DNA of 64,000 nt from Chloroflexota bacterium (GCA_040754815.1 JBFMBX010000003.1:346329-410328); one strand, 5' to 3'. Positions 39,143 to 48,259 are shown, counted from the stretch's first letter. The notes: generated from the sequence alone by a model not told the origin. Program-made: numbers and translations.

Positions 39143-40252
39143 TTATCCAAAAATATATGGATATATTGATTTGAGTATGGAATTCCTGGTTATGCCCATT
39201 AAGATCAATGGGATGGCTAAGCCAAATCCTAATAAAACGATACAGAAAAACACCGGAACGATAAGTAGTTGGGGGAGGAAATGATAAATGATTCTCGCTA
39301 CGATGATGAGGATTATGGAATGGGAAAGATAGATCCCGTAGGTTTTCGTACCTAAATTCTCAAGGTGTTTTTCGAGTGGAAGCTTCAAGTCAATGAAGCC
39401 AATAAAAGAAAATAAAATGCAGGCGGAGAATAAATTATCCACAAGCGTTTCGTGAGGGCTAAGCCATTGCTGACCGGATTGAACCAGTAAAAATTCCCAC
39501 TCCACCATTCCTAATAAAAATAAAATCCCGGCAATGAGTAATAGCGGCCATCGAATTTTCTTGAGATAATTTTTGGTTTCTTGAACTCTGATACCCAATA
39601 CAATTCCAAACAAAAACCAGAAGATGTGCCCCGCAAAGAACCATCCCGAGTTGAGCAAGGAAAAAAAATGGTTAAGAGTTGTTTGTATTCCTAAGGTTAC
39701 TGGATAATCCACGGCCTTTATCGCAATTTGAATAATTGCTGAGAGCCATAAAGTTATTTTCCAATTCCAGTTCACCAGCCGAATTAAGAAAGGCGATAAT
39801 GCATACAATGTAACCAGTAATGGAACGAAATAATATGCCTCGGTTGCCTGACCAGTGAGGAAGATGCGGCCCAACTGTATGGGTGAGTACCGTTCCCCCT
39901 GCAATATATTGTAGATAATCATCAGAATTGACCAAAATAAGTAAGGAATGACAAGATACTTTATTCGACTCAGAACGAAATTCCACTCAACTTTTTTCTG
40001 CTTCCCTGCTGAAAAAGCAACAATGTATCCTGAGACCATTAAGAATGCCGGAATGCTGGGAATGATCCATTGTTCTAAAAATCGAAGAATGAAATAAGAA
40101 GGTGAATAAATTTGTGAAAAATTGGGTGAAGACATGGGGGAATAACGGTGTACCCACCAGAACATTGCAACAAATGCCCACCCAATGGAATGATTGAGAA
40201 CAACATTGATAATGGCAATGCCGTTTAATAGTAAAAATCGTTTAGCAATCAC
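39143..40252 (-). CDS. Acyltransferase family 3 (OafA-like) membrane acyltransferase, paralog 3
   Basis: LNGIAI...NH, IPAFLMVSGY, RIKYLVIPYLFWS, AYYFVP, TYGIYLSH; about 10 TM helices. Confidence 0.85.
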   Translation of the reverse strand: MIAKRFLLLNGIAIINVVLNHSIGWAFVAMFWWVHRYSPMSSPNFSQIYSPSYFILRFLEQWIIPSIPAFLMVSGYIVAFSAGKQKKVEWNFVLSRIKYLVIPYLFWSILMIIYNILQGERYSPIQLGRIFLTGQATEAYYFVPLLVTLYALSPFLIRLVNWNWKITLWLSAIIQIAIKAVDYPVTLGIQTTLNHFFSLLNSGWFFAGHIFWFLFGIVLGIRVQETKNYLKKIRWPLLLIAGILFLLGMVEWEFLLVQSGQQWLSPHETLVDNLFSACILFSFIGFIDLKLPLEKHLENLGTKTYGIYLSHSIILIIVARIIYHFLPQLLIVPVFFCIVLLGFGLAIPLILMGITRNSILKSIYPYIFG

Positions 40253-40260
40253 GAGGAAGT

Positions 40261-41355
40261 TTACCCGAATATAAATACATATAATGGTTTAAGTTTATTT
40301 GTGGAAGTTATGATTTGAATAACAAGGAGAGGAACTCCGATACCGGTCAGAAATATAACTACATAAAATAGTAAGGGAAAAGGTAATATCCAGGGAGCAA
40401 AATGATAGATTCCCCTTGCAACGATCTCCATCACCGGTACATGGGCAAGATACAATCCATAAGATTTGCTCCCTAAAAAGTTAAGGGTTTTGGAAAAAGG
40501 TAAAACCCCTTTTTCACCTATGCTAATGAAACTTAGTAGAACGGATAACCCGAACAAAAAATCTGTAATGGTTTCACGGTTTTGTAATGAACCATTGAGA
40601 ATTTCCCACTCAAGAAATCCAATAAAATATAAAAGCAGAGATGAAATTTTCCAGATTCGGGCATGGCGAAAAACAAAAGCTTTGATTTGAGAATAATGTA
40701 TGCCAATCACAATGCCAGCCGAAAACCAAAACAACCGTGATATGAACAACCATTTGGGGATCTGAGGCAAAGAAATAATCCACTCATGGCGATAACCGAG
40801 TAGGGTCAGCATAACTGGCAGATGGATAAATATTTGCAGAATACCGGTCGTGATGAGTAGAATGCGCCAATTCTTTTTTGCAAGGGGTATAAGGAGGGGG
40901 GCGACCAAATAAAGCTGGATAATCAGAGGAACATAATAGTAAGCAGGGGTTGTGTCGCCTGTTAGGAAGTTAATCAACAAACGGTCGGGTTGGAGATTTT
41001 TCCCCTCGATTATTCCTAGGAAAAGGAAGAGGATAGTCCATAGAAGATAAGGGATTAACAAACCTTTTATGCGGATGAGGGTTTGTTTATAGTGCATCCC
41101 GATTGAATGCCTGCCCGATAGAAAGGCAGCAAAATAACCGGAAACAAAAATAAACGCAGGAATGCTAAACACAACCAGCTGCTCGATTGCGCGCATCAGA
41201 TAATAAGAAAAGCTACCGGTTGGGTCGGCAACGGCAGGGGTGGTTGGGTAACGACTGCCCCATGAGAACATGGACGTCATTACCCAACCCGCGCTATGAA
41301 AGAGGATGACGCAGAAGGCTGCTACGCCATTCAGGGAAAGTAGGTTCTTTGTCAG
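40261..41355 (-). CDS. Acyltransferase family 3 membrane acyltransferase, paralog 2 (probable CTG start)
   Basis: IPAFIFVSGY, LIPYLLWT, AYYYVP, SYGLYLAH; frame stays open upstream of ATG 41280 through TKNLLSLNGVAAFCVILFH, matching the paralog N-termini. Confidence 0.85.
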   Translation of the reverse strand: MTKNLLSLNGVAAFCVILFHSAGWVMTSMFSWGSRYPTTPAVADPTGSFSYYLMRAIEQLVVFSIPAFIFVSGYFAAFLSGRHSIGMHYKQTLIRIKGLLIPYLLWTILFLFLGIIEGKNLQPDRLLINFLTGDTTPAYYYVPLIIQLYLVAPLLIPLAKKNWRILLITTGILQIFIHLPVMLTLLGYRHEWIISLPQIPKWLFISRLFWFSAGIVIGIHYSQIKAFVFRHARIWKISSLLLYFIGFLEWEILNGSLQNRETITDFLFGLSVLLSFISIGEKGVLPFSKTLNFLGSKSYGLYLAHVPVMEIVARGIYHFAPWILPFPLLFYVVIFLTGIGVPLLVIQIITSTNKLKPLYVFIFG

Positions 41356-41365
41356 CGGTCAGTCC

Positions 41366-42667
41366 TTAATCCTGAGATACTTGTGTAAATTCAGGAAGAT
41401 CATCAATTGGCATACTGGTGAGTTTAGAGCGAAGTATGTGGTTTTCTGTTTTTTCAACAGTTTCAATATACTGGCGCATAGCAGCCAGTACGGGTACTTC
41501 CTTACGGTCATAAACTTCACCTTGAAGAAGCCGAAGCACTTCCAGACGATATTTTTTCGACTGAATGAAGTGGGTAAAGAGGGGCAGCAATTTGTAATAC
41601 AGGCGAATAAATTCATACCACACACTAACCCCGGCCCGCATTTTTACTTCATAGGGTTTGAATGCTTCTTCACTGAAATCGCCGGTTTCGAACGCCTGCC
41701 GTATAAATTGTGAACCATATTTTGCTGAATACAGGGCAATGCTAACACCCGAAGAGAAGATGGGATCAACGAAGCGAGCAGCATCTCCAATCAGCATAAA
41801 GCCGTTGCCCACGAATTTATCCATAGAGTATGAATAATCGCCTTCCTGCTTGAATTCATTAATCCTTCTTGCTTCGGAAAGTGCATATTGCAGGCCCTCA
41901 TTTGAATTGACATATTTGTAGAAATAACCTTCTATATCCCCCTTGGCCTCCATGAAGACTTCTTTTTCTGCAACGATGCCCATCGAAGTGATTTTATCGG
42001 TGATAGGAATTTGCCAGGCCCAACCTCTTTCTACGGGAAGGAAATAAATGTGGATGAAATCGGCGGTATCTGGTTCACCGCGTTTGACATTTTCGAACCA
42101 GGCGTGAACAGCGTATTGGTTAAAAATGGGATCTTTCTTCTTGATCCCCAACTGGCGGCCAAGGAGGGTGTTCCTTCCACTGGCATCCACAATCATCCTT
42201 GCCGGCAGATCAACTTCCTGATCGGCAAATTTTACACGAACACCCGTGGCATAATTTTTTTCATCAAATAATACCTGTTTTACAGTCACACCTTGAATAA
42301 TCTCACTACCAAGGTTCTGTGCGTGCTTGAGCAAGAGTAAATCCAACTTTCCCCGATCCACATGGTACGTGTAGGGTTGATTGACGCCTTCCTGTGGAAA
42401 TTCGTCGAACCAAATATGAGAAGCACCCCGGCCTTTGATATCATGCCACGATGCACCGTATTTATGAGGAAAACCTTCTTTTTCCATGGTGGGGAGAAAT
42501 CCAATTTCGTTGTAGACGCGGGTGGAAGAGGTGACCATCGATTCGCCCACGTGAGGACGCGGATGAATGGCCGATTCAAGGATGACATTCTTGATACCTG
42601 CCATTGACAGATAACTACCCATGACCGATCCGGCAGGGCCACCACCAATAATGATTACGCGATTCAT
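41366..42667 (-). CDS. pltA: Carrier-protein-dependent flavin halogenase, PltA-like
   Basis: IIGGGPAGS, HVGES, catalytic-Lys region FPHKYGASW, HVDRGK, WAWQIP (WxWxIP), GDAARFVDPIFSSGVS, and a C-terminal WYEFIxLYY...YRLxxLxLLQGxVY block recalled from PltA; GGAGG RBS before ATG 42667. Confidence 0.88.
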   Translation of the reverse strand: MNRVIIIGGGPAGSVMGSYLSMAGIKNVILESAIHPRPHVGESMVTSSTRVYNEIGFLPTMEKEGFPHKYGASWHDIKGRGASHIWFDEFPQEGVNQPYTYHVDRGKLDLLLLKHAQNLGSEIIQGVTVKQVLFDEKNYATGVRVKFADQEVDLPARMIVDASGRNTLLGRQLGIKKKDPIFNQYAVHAWFENVKRGEPDTADFIHIYFLPVERGWAWQIPITDKITSMGIVAEKEVFMEAKGDIEGYFYKYVNSNEGLQYALSEARRINEFKQEGDYSYSMDKFVGNGFMLIGDAARFVDPIFSSGVSIALYSAKYGSQFIRQAFETGDFSEEAFKPYEVKMRAGVSVWYEFIRLYYKLLPLFTHFIQSKKYRLEVLRLLQGEVYDRKEVPVLAAMRQYIETVEKTENHILRSKLTSMPIDDLPEFTQVSQD

Positions 42668-42716
42668 TTTAGCCTCCAATATTTGGAAATTTGAAATAGA
42701 TGAAATGAGGTTTGGT

Positions 42717-43829
42717 TTAACCCCACACATACGAATAGAATTGTTTGATTGGGAAGCGATTCCAGATTGACATCATCACCAAAGGAGTACCGATTCCCAC
42801 TACAACCAAAATTCCAAGGAAAAAAAGGGTCTGTCCTAATAAAAAAGGAATTACATGATAAATCAGGCGGGCACAAATTTCGATGACCAGGATATGACTT
42901 AAGTAAATTCCATAAGATTTTGTTCCGATAAATTGAATATTTGGAGAGGTCTTGAGATTATCGATAAATCCAATTACCGCGAGAATGAAAAGAGAATAAA
43001 CCAACTTTGTAATAAATGAGGCTTGTGAATTAATCCAGTTTTTTTGGCTTAAATTCATCAGGTATTGTATTTCTATCTGACTCAGGACAATGAAAAATAA
43101 TAGAATGGAAACCAATATAAAACGATACCGCCGGATTACCTTGAGTAATCCATCGCGTTTTATAAAAATTAACATTCCCAAAACAAACCAGAAAAGGTGA
43201 GAAGCAAGATAGCCATTTTTTAAAAAAGCGAAGTTGCTCAACCACTCGGGAACAGACAGATTCATGGTGCTAAAGTACCAAAATATACTACTTAAGAATT
43301 GCAACAAAAATGATCCACCCAATACAATATAGGGTGTTTTATTGAGCATTCTTATCAGGAGAGGAGATAATAAAATCAACTTGATAATGAGGGGAACGTA
43401 ATAAAATGGTCCATCTGCTTCTCCCATGAGATAAACTCTAACCAGTTTTCCGGGAGTGTAATCATTTCCTTCAAGGATCCTAAAGAACACGGTTATCGTT
43501 GACCAAAAAAGGTACGGTGGAATTAGATAAATCAACCGGTTGTAAATGGTTTGAATGTTTTGTTTAAACGGCTTTTGATTTGTTGAAAAGGCATAAAAAT
43601 ATCCAGAAACAAATAAAAAAATGGGTACCGCTACTCCGGCGATTTCATCGGTTATCCGTAAAAATAATGAGGTGGGATTTGCGGTTAGTAGGGTTTGTGA
43701 ATTTATATTGCTTACAAACCGATCATTCCAATGGAATATGGCTGTAACTGCCCAATAAATGGCATGGTGATAGACGGCAAAAATGATCGCAACGCCATTC
43801 AGGAAAAGAAGTTTAACGGTCATGGTCAA
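42717..43829 (-). CDS. Acyltransferase family 3 membrane acyltransferase, paralog 1
   Basis: LNGVAI...HH, VPIFLFVSGY, LIPPYLFWS, PFYYVP, SYGIYLSH. Confidence 0.85.
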   Translation of the reverse strand: MTMTVKLLFLNGVAIIFAVYHHAIYWAVTAIFHWNDRFVSNINSQTLLTANPTSLFLRITDEIAGVAVPIFLFVSGYFYAFSTNQKPFKQNIQTIYNRLIYLIPPYLFWSTITVFFRILEGNDYTPGKLVRVYLMGEADGPFYYVPLIIKLILLSPLLIRMLNKTPYIVLGGSFLLQFLSSIFWYFSTMNLSVPEWLSNFAFLKNGYLASHLFWFVLGMLIFIKRDGLLKVIRRYRFILVSILLFFIVLSQIEIQYLMNLSQKNWINSQASFITKLVYSLFILAVIGFIDNLKTSPNIQFIGTKSYGIYLSHILVIEICARLIYHVIPFLLGQTLFFLGILVVVGIGTPLVMMSIWNRFPIKQFYSYVWG

Positions 43830-43836
43830 TTTTCGG

Positions 43837-43867
43837 GAGCAGGGAAAATTCTAAAATTTCCCTGCTC
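43837..43867. repeat. Intercistronic inverted repeat directly 3' of the carrier-protein gene
   Basis: 11-bp perfect stem gagcagggaaa / tttccctgctc with 9-nt loop and no U tail on the minus strand. Confidence 0.7.
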
Positions 43868-43873
43868 TCTTAT

Positions 43874-44119
43874 CTACTTGACCAGTTTTTGATCAAGGTA
43901 ATTGCTAATGGCATTCACGCTCATGAAATTTTCAATCACAACGTCTTCGTCTGGTACGGTGTAGTTGAATTTTTCTTCGATGAACGCCACCAGCTGCAAG
44001 ATGCCCAATGAATCAATAATGCCTTCGCCGAGAAGGTCTTCATCCTCGCTGATGTTTTTTTTACGACCCTTGGCAAGTTCATCAAGGATGAATTTATGGA
44101 TGACGGCTTTGGTTTCCAT
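43874..44119 (-). CDS. Stand-alone peptidyl/acyl carrier protein (PltL/RedO/DltC-like)
   Basis: 81 aa, acidic, GIIDSLG phosphopantetheine Ser, C-terminal ENFMSV. Confidence 0.92.
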   Translation of the reverse strand: METKAVIHKFILDELAKGRKKNISEDEDLLGEGIIDSLGILQLVAFIEEKFNYTVPDEDVVIENFMSVNAISNYLDQKLVK

Positions 44120-44140
44120 TCCTTATATTCCTTTCAATGA

Positions 44141-45724
44141 TTATGATTTATTTCTGGTTAGAGCAATTTCTTGCAATTCCCGCCTGTTAATTTTGCCGGT
44201 TGAGGTCCGAGGAAAATCGTCGGATATTATGATTTTGGCGGGAATTGCATAATTAGGCAATCGCCCGGAAAGGTGTTTAATCAGATCATCCTCACTCAAA
44301 TTCCCTCCTTCAACTAAAATAACCGCAGCCTCAATTAAATTGCTGCCTTCTACATCGGGGACAGGGTAAGCAGCTGCCTCATGAACAGTGGGATGAGAGA
44401 GCAATGCGGCCTCAACTTCGTCCAGTTCAACGCGGTAGCCCCTTGTTTTTATTTGACGATCTTTTCTGCCTAAAAATTTATAGTTGCCATCGGGGAGTTT
44501 TTGCACTAAATCGCCTGTGCGATAAAAAATATCTTCGCAATAGCCAAAAACCGGGCGTCGGCAAAAGCCTTTTTCGGTTAAATCGGGTCTCCCCCAGTAA
44601 CCTTTCATTACTGTTCCCCCTCTGATGAGTAATTCTCCGATTTCACCCTCCGGAAGTTGATTCCCATTACTATCCACAACAATATCTTCGATATTCTCGC
44701 ATGCAATGCCAATCGGAATGGGTTCATCGGAATCGGGTGGCAGAAGAGGGACATGGTAATAGGTGCAAACGTTTGTTTCCGTAGGTCCATAGAGATTCGA
44801 GAACTTCACCCATGGAAGTTTATTCATCAATGTCCGTAAGTGTTTGGTCGGAAAAGGTTCACCGGCAAATAAAATCCATCTCAGTGATGATAAATCCTTT
44901 GATTCTAAATTGCCCCTTTCAAGCATTTGTATTAATGCAAACGGAACAGAGTACCATATAGTAATTTTTTCATCCTGAATCCATTTTGCCATGCTGGCCG
45001 GCAGTTTTGTAATTCCTTCCGGGATAATAATCGTGGTTGCGCCGGCAATTGAGGAGGCAAAAAAGTCGAATGTAGAGAGGTCAAAATGGAGGGGGGCATG
45101 ATTGCTGATGCGATCCGTTGAATTAACTTGATAAGTCTGTACTGCCCATTCGGCAAAGCTCAAGCCGCTTCGATGGGTGTGCATGATTCCTTTGGGGGTT
45201 CCGGTAGAACCAGATGTGTAAAGGATATACGCCAAATCTTGTTCAACAAGAGATAAGAGGGGAGGGGAGGAAGGCAAGGTAAAAATTTTTTCCCATGAGG
45301 TTGCCGGAATTTTTATTTCCGGATTGTTCTGTATCCCGATCAAACCCGACAATTGGGTTTGTTTGATGATTTCACTCAATTGTTCTGACTTCGATTCATT
45401 CGTGATAATAAATTTGATTCCACAGTCATTAATGACAAAAGATAATCGTTCGGTGGGGGCAAAAGGATCCAGGGGAACATAAGCTGCGCCAGCGATCAAA
45501 ATTCCATAAATTGCCACAGCAGAATAGATGTTTTTGTTCATATAAATCCCAACCCGATCGCCGCGCCCCACACCTGCTTTTTGAAGATAATTGGCTAATT
45601 GGGCGGATTTTTCCGCTAATTGCTGATAGGTTAGCTCTTCCCTCATGTAGCGGATTGCCACTTGAGAAGGTGCTGATTCGGCATTTTCAAAAACGCCATG
45701 ATGGAGTAGATAACGATATTTCAT
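44141..45724 (-). CDS. Stand-alone amino-acid adenylation enzyme, proline-type (PltF/RedM-like)
   Basis: YTSGSTGTPKG, NHAPLHFDLS, WYSVP, LFAGE, NLYGPTETNVC, YRTGD, TGK; specificity code read by eye is DLFYLALVCK. Confidence 0.85.
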   Translation of the reverse strand: MKYRYLLHHGVFENAESAPSQVAIRYMREELTYQQLAEKSAQLANYLQKAGVGRGDRVGIYMNKNIYSAVAIYGILIAGAAYVPLDPFAPTERLSFVINDCGIKFIITNESKSEQLSEIIKQTQLSGLIGIQNNPEIKIPATSWEKIFTLPSSPPLLSLVEQDLAYILYTSGSTGTPKGIMHTHRSGLSFAEWAVQTYQVNSTDRISNHAPLHFDLSTFDFFASSIAGATTIIIPEGITKLPASMAKWIQDEKITIWYSVPFALIQMLERGNLESKDLSSLRWILFAGEPFPTKHLRTLMNKLPWVKFSNLYGPTETNVCTYYHVPLLPPDSDEPIPIGIACENIEDIVVDSNGNQLPEGEIGELLIRGGTVMKGYWGRPDLTEKGFCRRPVFGYCEDIFYRTGDLVQKLPDGNYKFLGRKDRQIKTRGYRVELDEVEAALLSHPTVHEAAAYPVPDVEGSNLIEAAVILVEGGNLSEDDLIKHLSGRLPNYAIPAKIIISDDFPRTSTGKINRRELQEIALTRNKS

Positions 45725-45732
45725 GGAAAACC

Positions 45733-47034
45733 TCAATTAATATTTTTTTCAGGAATAGGTGAAGATGAAATTTCTGCTTCTACGGAAGATTTATTGACTT
45801 TTTGTTTCAAAAAGTATGTCATCAACGGCCCTGCGATAAGGGATGTTGTGACTGCCATGACAAATAAGGCTACGAATATACGTTCGTCAATCAGCCCTTG
45901 GGATAATCCTATGCCCGCAAGGATAATGCCGGTCGCTCCTCGAGCATTCAATCCACTTGCTATTGCCAATGTGTAATGATCAATTTTCATACCACCGATT
46001 TTTGCACCGATCAATACGGCAGAAAATTTTGAGAAGATGGCAAAAATGAGGAGAATTAACACAAGGGGAAAATCAAAATTTGCCACAAAGTTCGTTTTCA
46101 TGCCAATTGAAACAAAATAAATCGGTGCAAAGAACGCCATTACAAATTGAGAAATAACCGCATGAGCTTCTTCCGCTTCCGGGTGTTTACCCGCAACAAT
46201 GGCACCTAATAAAAATGCGCCCAGAAAAGCATCAATTCCGATGAGTTCAGTTACGGATGAAGTGAGTAAAATTGCTACCGTTGTAAAGGCGATAAAACCG
46301 GTTGGCCACATCAGGGTTTTGCGGATAAACCGCAACGCTTTAGGTGCAAACCAACGACCCAGTGTTAACATTAAGATGAAAAAGATCAGGATAAGAACAA
46401 TAGTTGAACCTGTTCCTAACATGAATTCACTGGTTTGAATGGTTGATACACTAAGCATCATCGCAAATAAAATCCAAATAATTACATCATCCACCACCGT
46501 TGCAGTCATTGTGATTGCCCCGATTTCTTTATCGAGAAGCTTGAGATCTTGAAGTATCCGAATAATTACCGGATTGGCTGAGTTTGCGAGATTAATACCT
46601 ATGAAAAGACCAAATATAGAGAGATTTTTTTCGGCAATTTCTCCCCAAAAATGGGAAGGTATCAGATGGACTAATGCAAATCCCAAACCGATTGGGAGGA
46701 TAGTTCCGAATGAACCGATAAAAAAGGCGTATTTTCCAATATGATTTCCTTTTGAGAAATTAATTTCCAAACCTGCAATGAACAAAAAAAATAACATCCC
46801 CATTTTGATGGAAGCGTCCCGCAATATACCTACCTCTTGGGAGGATAAAAACAACCAATGATAAATATCAGGGAATAACAATCCCAAAATAGTAGGACCA
46901 AGAATTACTCCACCAATAAGCTCTCCCAATACTGCTGGCTGGCGAAATTTTTGCATTGCCTTGCCCATAATGAGAGCACACGAAAGCATAACAGCAATTT
47001 GTAAAAAGAATTTAATCAGGTCTGAATTGTTCAT
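45733..47034 (-). CDS. Cation:proton antiporter (CPA2 family)
   Basis: About 12 TM helices, VLGELIGGVILGPT, FLFIAGLE, VVDDV, FFAPIYFVSIG, LNARG. Confidence 0.9.
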   Translation of the reverse strand: MNNSDLIKFFLQIAVMLSCALIMGKAMQKFRQPAVLGELIGGVILGPTILGLLFPDIYHWLFLSSQEVGILRDASIKMGMLFFLFIAGLEINFSKGNHIGKYAFFIGSFGTILPIGLGFALVHLIPSHFWGEIAEKNLSIFGLFIGINLANSANPVIIRILQDLKLLDKEIGAITMTATVVDDVIIWILFAMMLSVSTIQTSEFMLGTGSTIVLILIFFILMLTLGRWFAPKALRFIRKTLMWPTGFIAFTTVAILLTSSVTELIGIDAFLGAFLLGAIVAGKHPEAEEAHAVISQFVMAFFAPIYFVSIGMKTNFVANFDFPLVLILLIFAIFSKFSAVLIGAKIGGMKIDHYTLAIASGLNARGATGIILAGIGLSQGLIDERIFVALFVMAVTTSLIAGPLMTYFLKQKVNKSSVEAEISSSPIPEKNIN

Positions 47035-47042
47035 GATATATC

Positions 47043-48257
47043 TCAGGTTCTATTTGGAACGGCTTTTTCAAAATTTTCTTGTATCTTTTGAATCGAAGCA
47101 CTCCAGCTCCATTTTTCTTTCACATCTTGCAGGCTTTTATTTCCATATTCCCGAGCCTTTAATGGGTTTTGGAGTAAATCCATAATGGAATGGGAGAAAA
47201 TTGACTCATTTCTTTCGACGAGACGACCGGTAACCTGATCTTGAACGGTTTCAAGAAGGCCGCCCTCTCTAACACCAACAACCGGCGTAGCGCAGGCCAT
47301 CGATTCGAGAGCGACAAGACCAAAGGGCTCTCGATAAGGCGTGTATGCAGTCAATGTCGCAGAATTGTACAATTCAACCAGTTTATCGTCCGATATATTC
47401 GACATGAAGTAAACCCGCACGTTTTTGGTTTTGGCGAGATCGGTTAAAAAATTCAGTTCCTCATCATTGGTAAAATTGCTCGAAATGACAAGGGGGACTC
47501 TTTTATCGGGTGGAAGTAAAGCGAGCGAACGGATGATAAAATCAAAGCCCTTTAAAGGGGTTAGTGAGCCAACCGAAAGGATAAAGGTTGATTTTTGCAC
47601 ATTTGCAAGCGGATGAAATTTGTCGGTATCCACTCCCAGATAACTGACAATTGCTTCAATCCCGTAAATTCGTTCCACTTGTTTTTTTGTGTAATTGGAG
47701 TTGACAAACACCCTATCGGCGTGGCGGATATTTTGAAAGTCGTTTTTTCTGAGCAATTTATTGTAAAGAAATAAAAAGGGGTCTATGCTGTCAGCAACCC
47801 TTCGGAAGGCAGATTTATTCTTATAGTAAGGGCGAGGAGGTTGTTCTTCGTAAAGGATACGATAGGGTTCATGGCAGTAAAAAACGGTGGGGAGGTCATG
47901 AATGTATCTTAAAACCGAAGGTGCATTTTCAAATTGACAGGGTTCAAAAAAAACCAGATCCGGCTTATTTTGCTCAATATCTTTTGCTATAAATTTGCCC
48001 AGTTCACGAAGTTTAACTAGATCGAGAGTCCGTATCAGAGCATTCAACCTTCCAAACGGGGAGTGGAACAGCTTGCCCGGTTGGAAGGGATATATTTTAT
48101 GGGAGTTTACATAAGGACGAATATCACAAAAGTCATGATTGGCTGTTTGAAGTGTGTAGATATCAATTTGGTTGCGATCACAAATTCTCCGCACGATCTC
48201 ATAGAGCGATCTTTTTGCTCCACCAGAAGTTAAATTGTGAAAAATAGCAATTTTCAT
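47043..48257 (-). CDS. GT4 glycosyltransferase
   Basis: GGAKR, KGFDFII, EPFGLVALESMACATPV. Confidence 0.9.
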   Translation of the reverse strand: MKIAIFHNLTSGGAKRSLYEIVRRICDRNQIDIYTLQTANHDFCDIRPYVNSHKIYPFQPGKLFHSPFGRLNALIRTLDLVKLRELGKFIAKDIEQNKPDLVFFEPCQFENAPSVLRYIHDLPTVFYCHEPYRILYEEQPPRPYYKNKSAFRRVADSIDPFLFLYNKLLRKNDFQNIRHADRVFVNSNYTKKQVERIYGIEAIVSYLGVDTDKFHPLANVQKSTFILSVGSLTPLKGFDFIIRSLALLPPDKRVPLVISSNFTNDEELNFLTDLAKTKNVRVYFMSNISDDKLVELYNSATLTAYTPYREPFGLVALESMACATPVVGVREGGLLETVQDQVTGRLVERNESIFSHSIMDLLQNPLKAREYGNKSLQDVKEKWSWSASIQKIQENFEKAVPNRT

Positions 48258-48259
48258 TT

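Noticed and set aside
41306-41713. Short ORFs 41306-41713 (+) and 41359-41625 (-)
   Set aside because: Overlap the halogenase 3' end in other frames and show no coding features
41366-42667. Geranylgeranyl reductase or generic FAD monooxygenase
   Set aside because: WxWxIP, the KYGASW lysine and the PltA-like C-terminal block favour a halogenase
43874-45724. DltA/DltC teichoic-acid D-alanylation
   Set aside because: No dltB (MBOAT) or dltD; WYSVP, LFAGE and TETNVC fit proline-type enzymes better than recalled DltA motifs; a halogenase is adjacent. Not excluded without an assay
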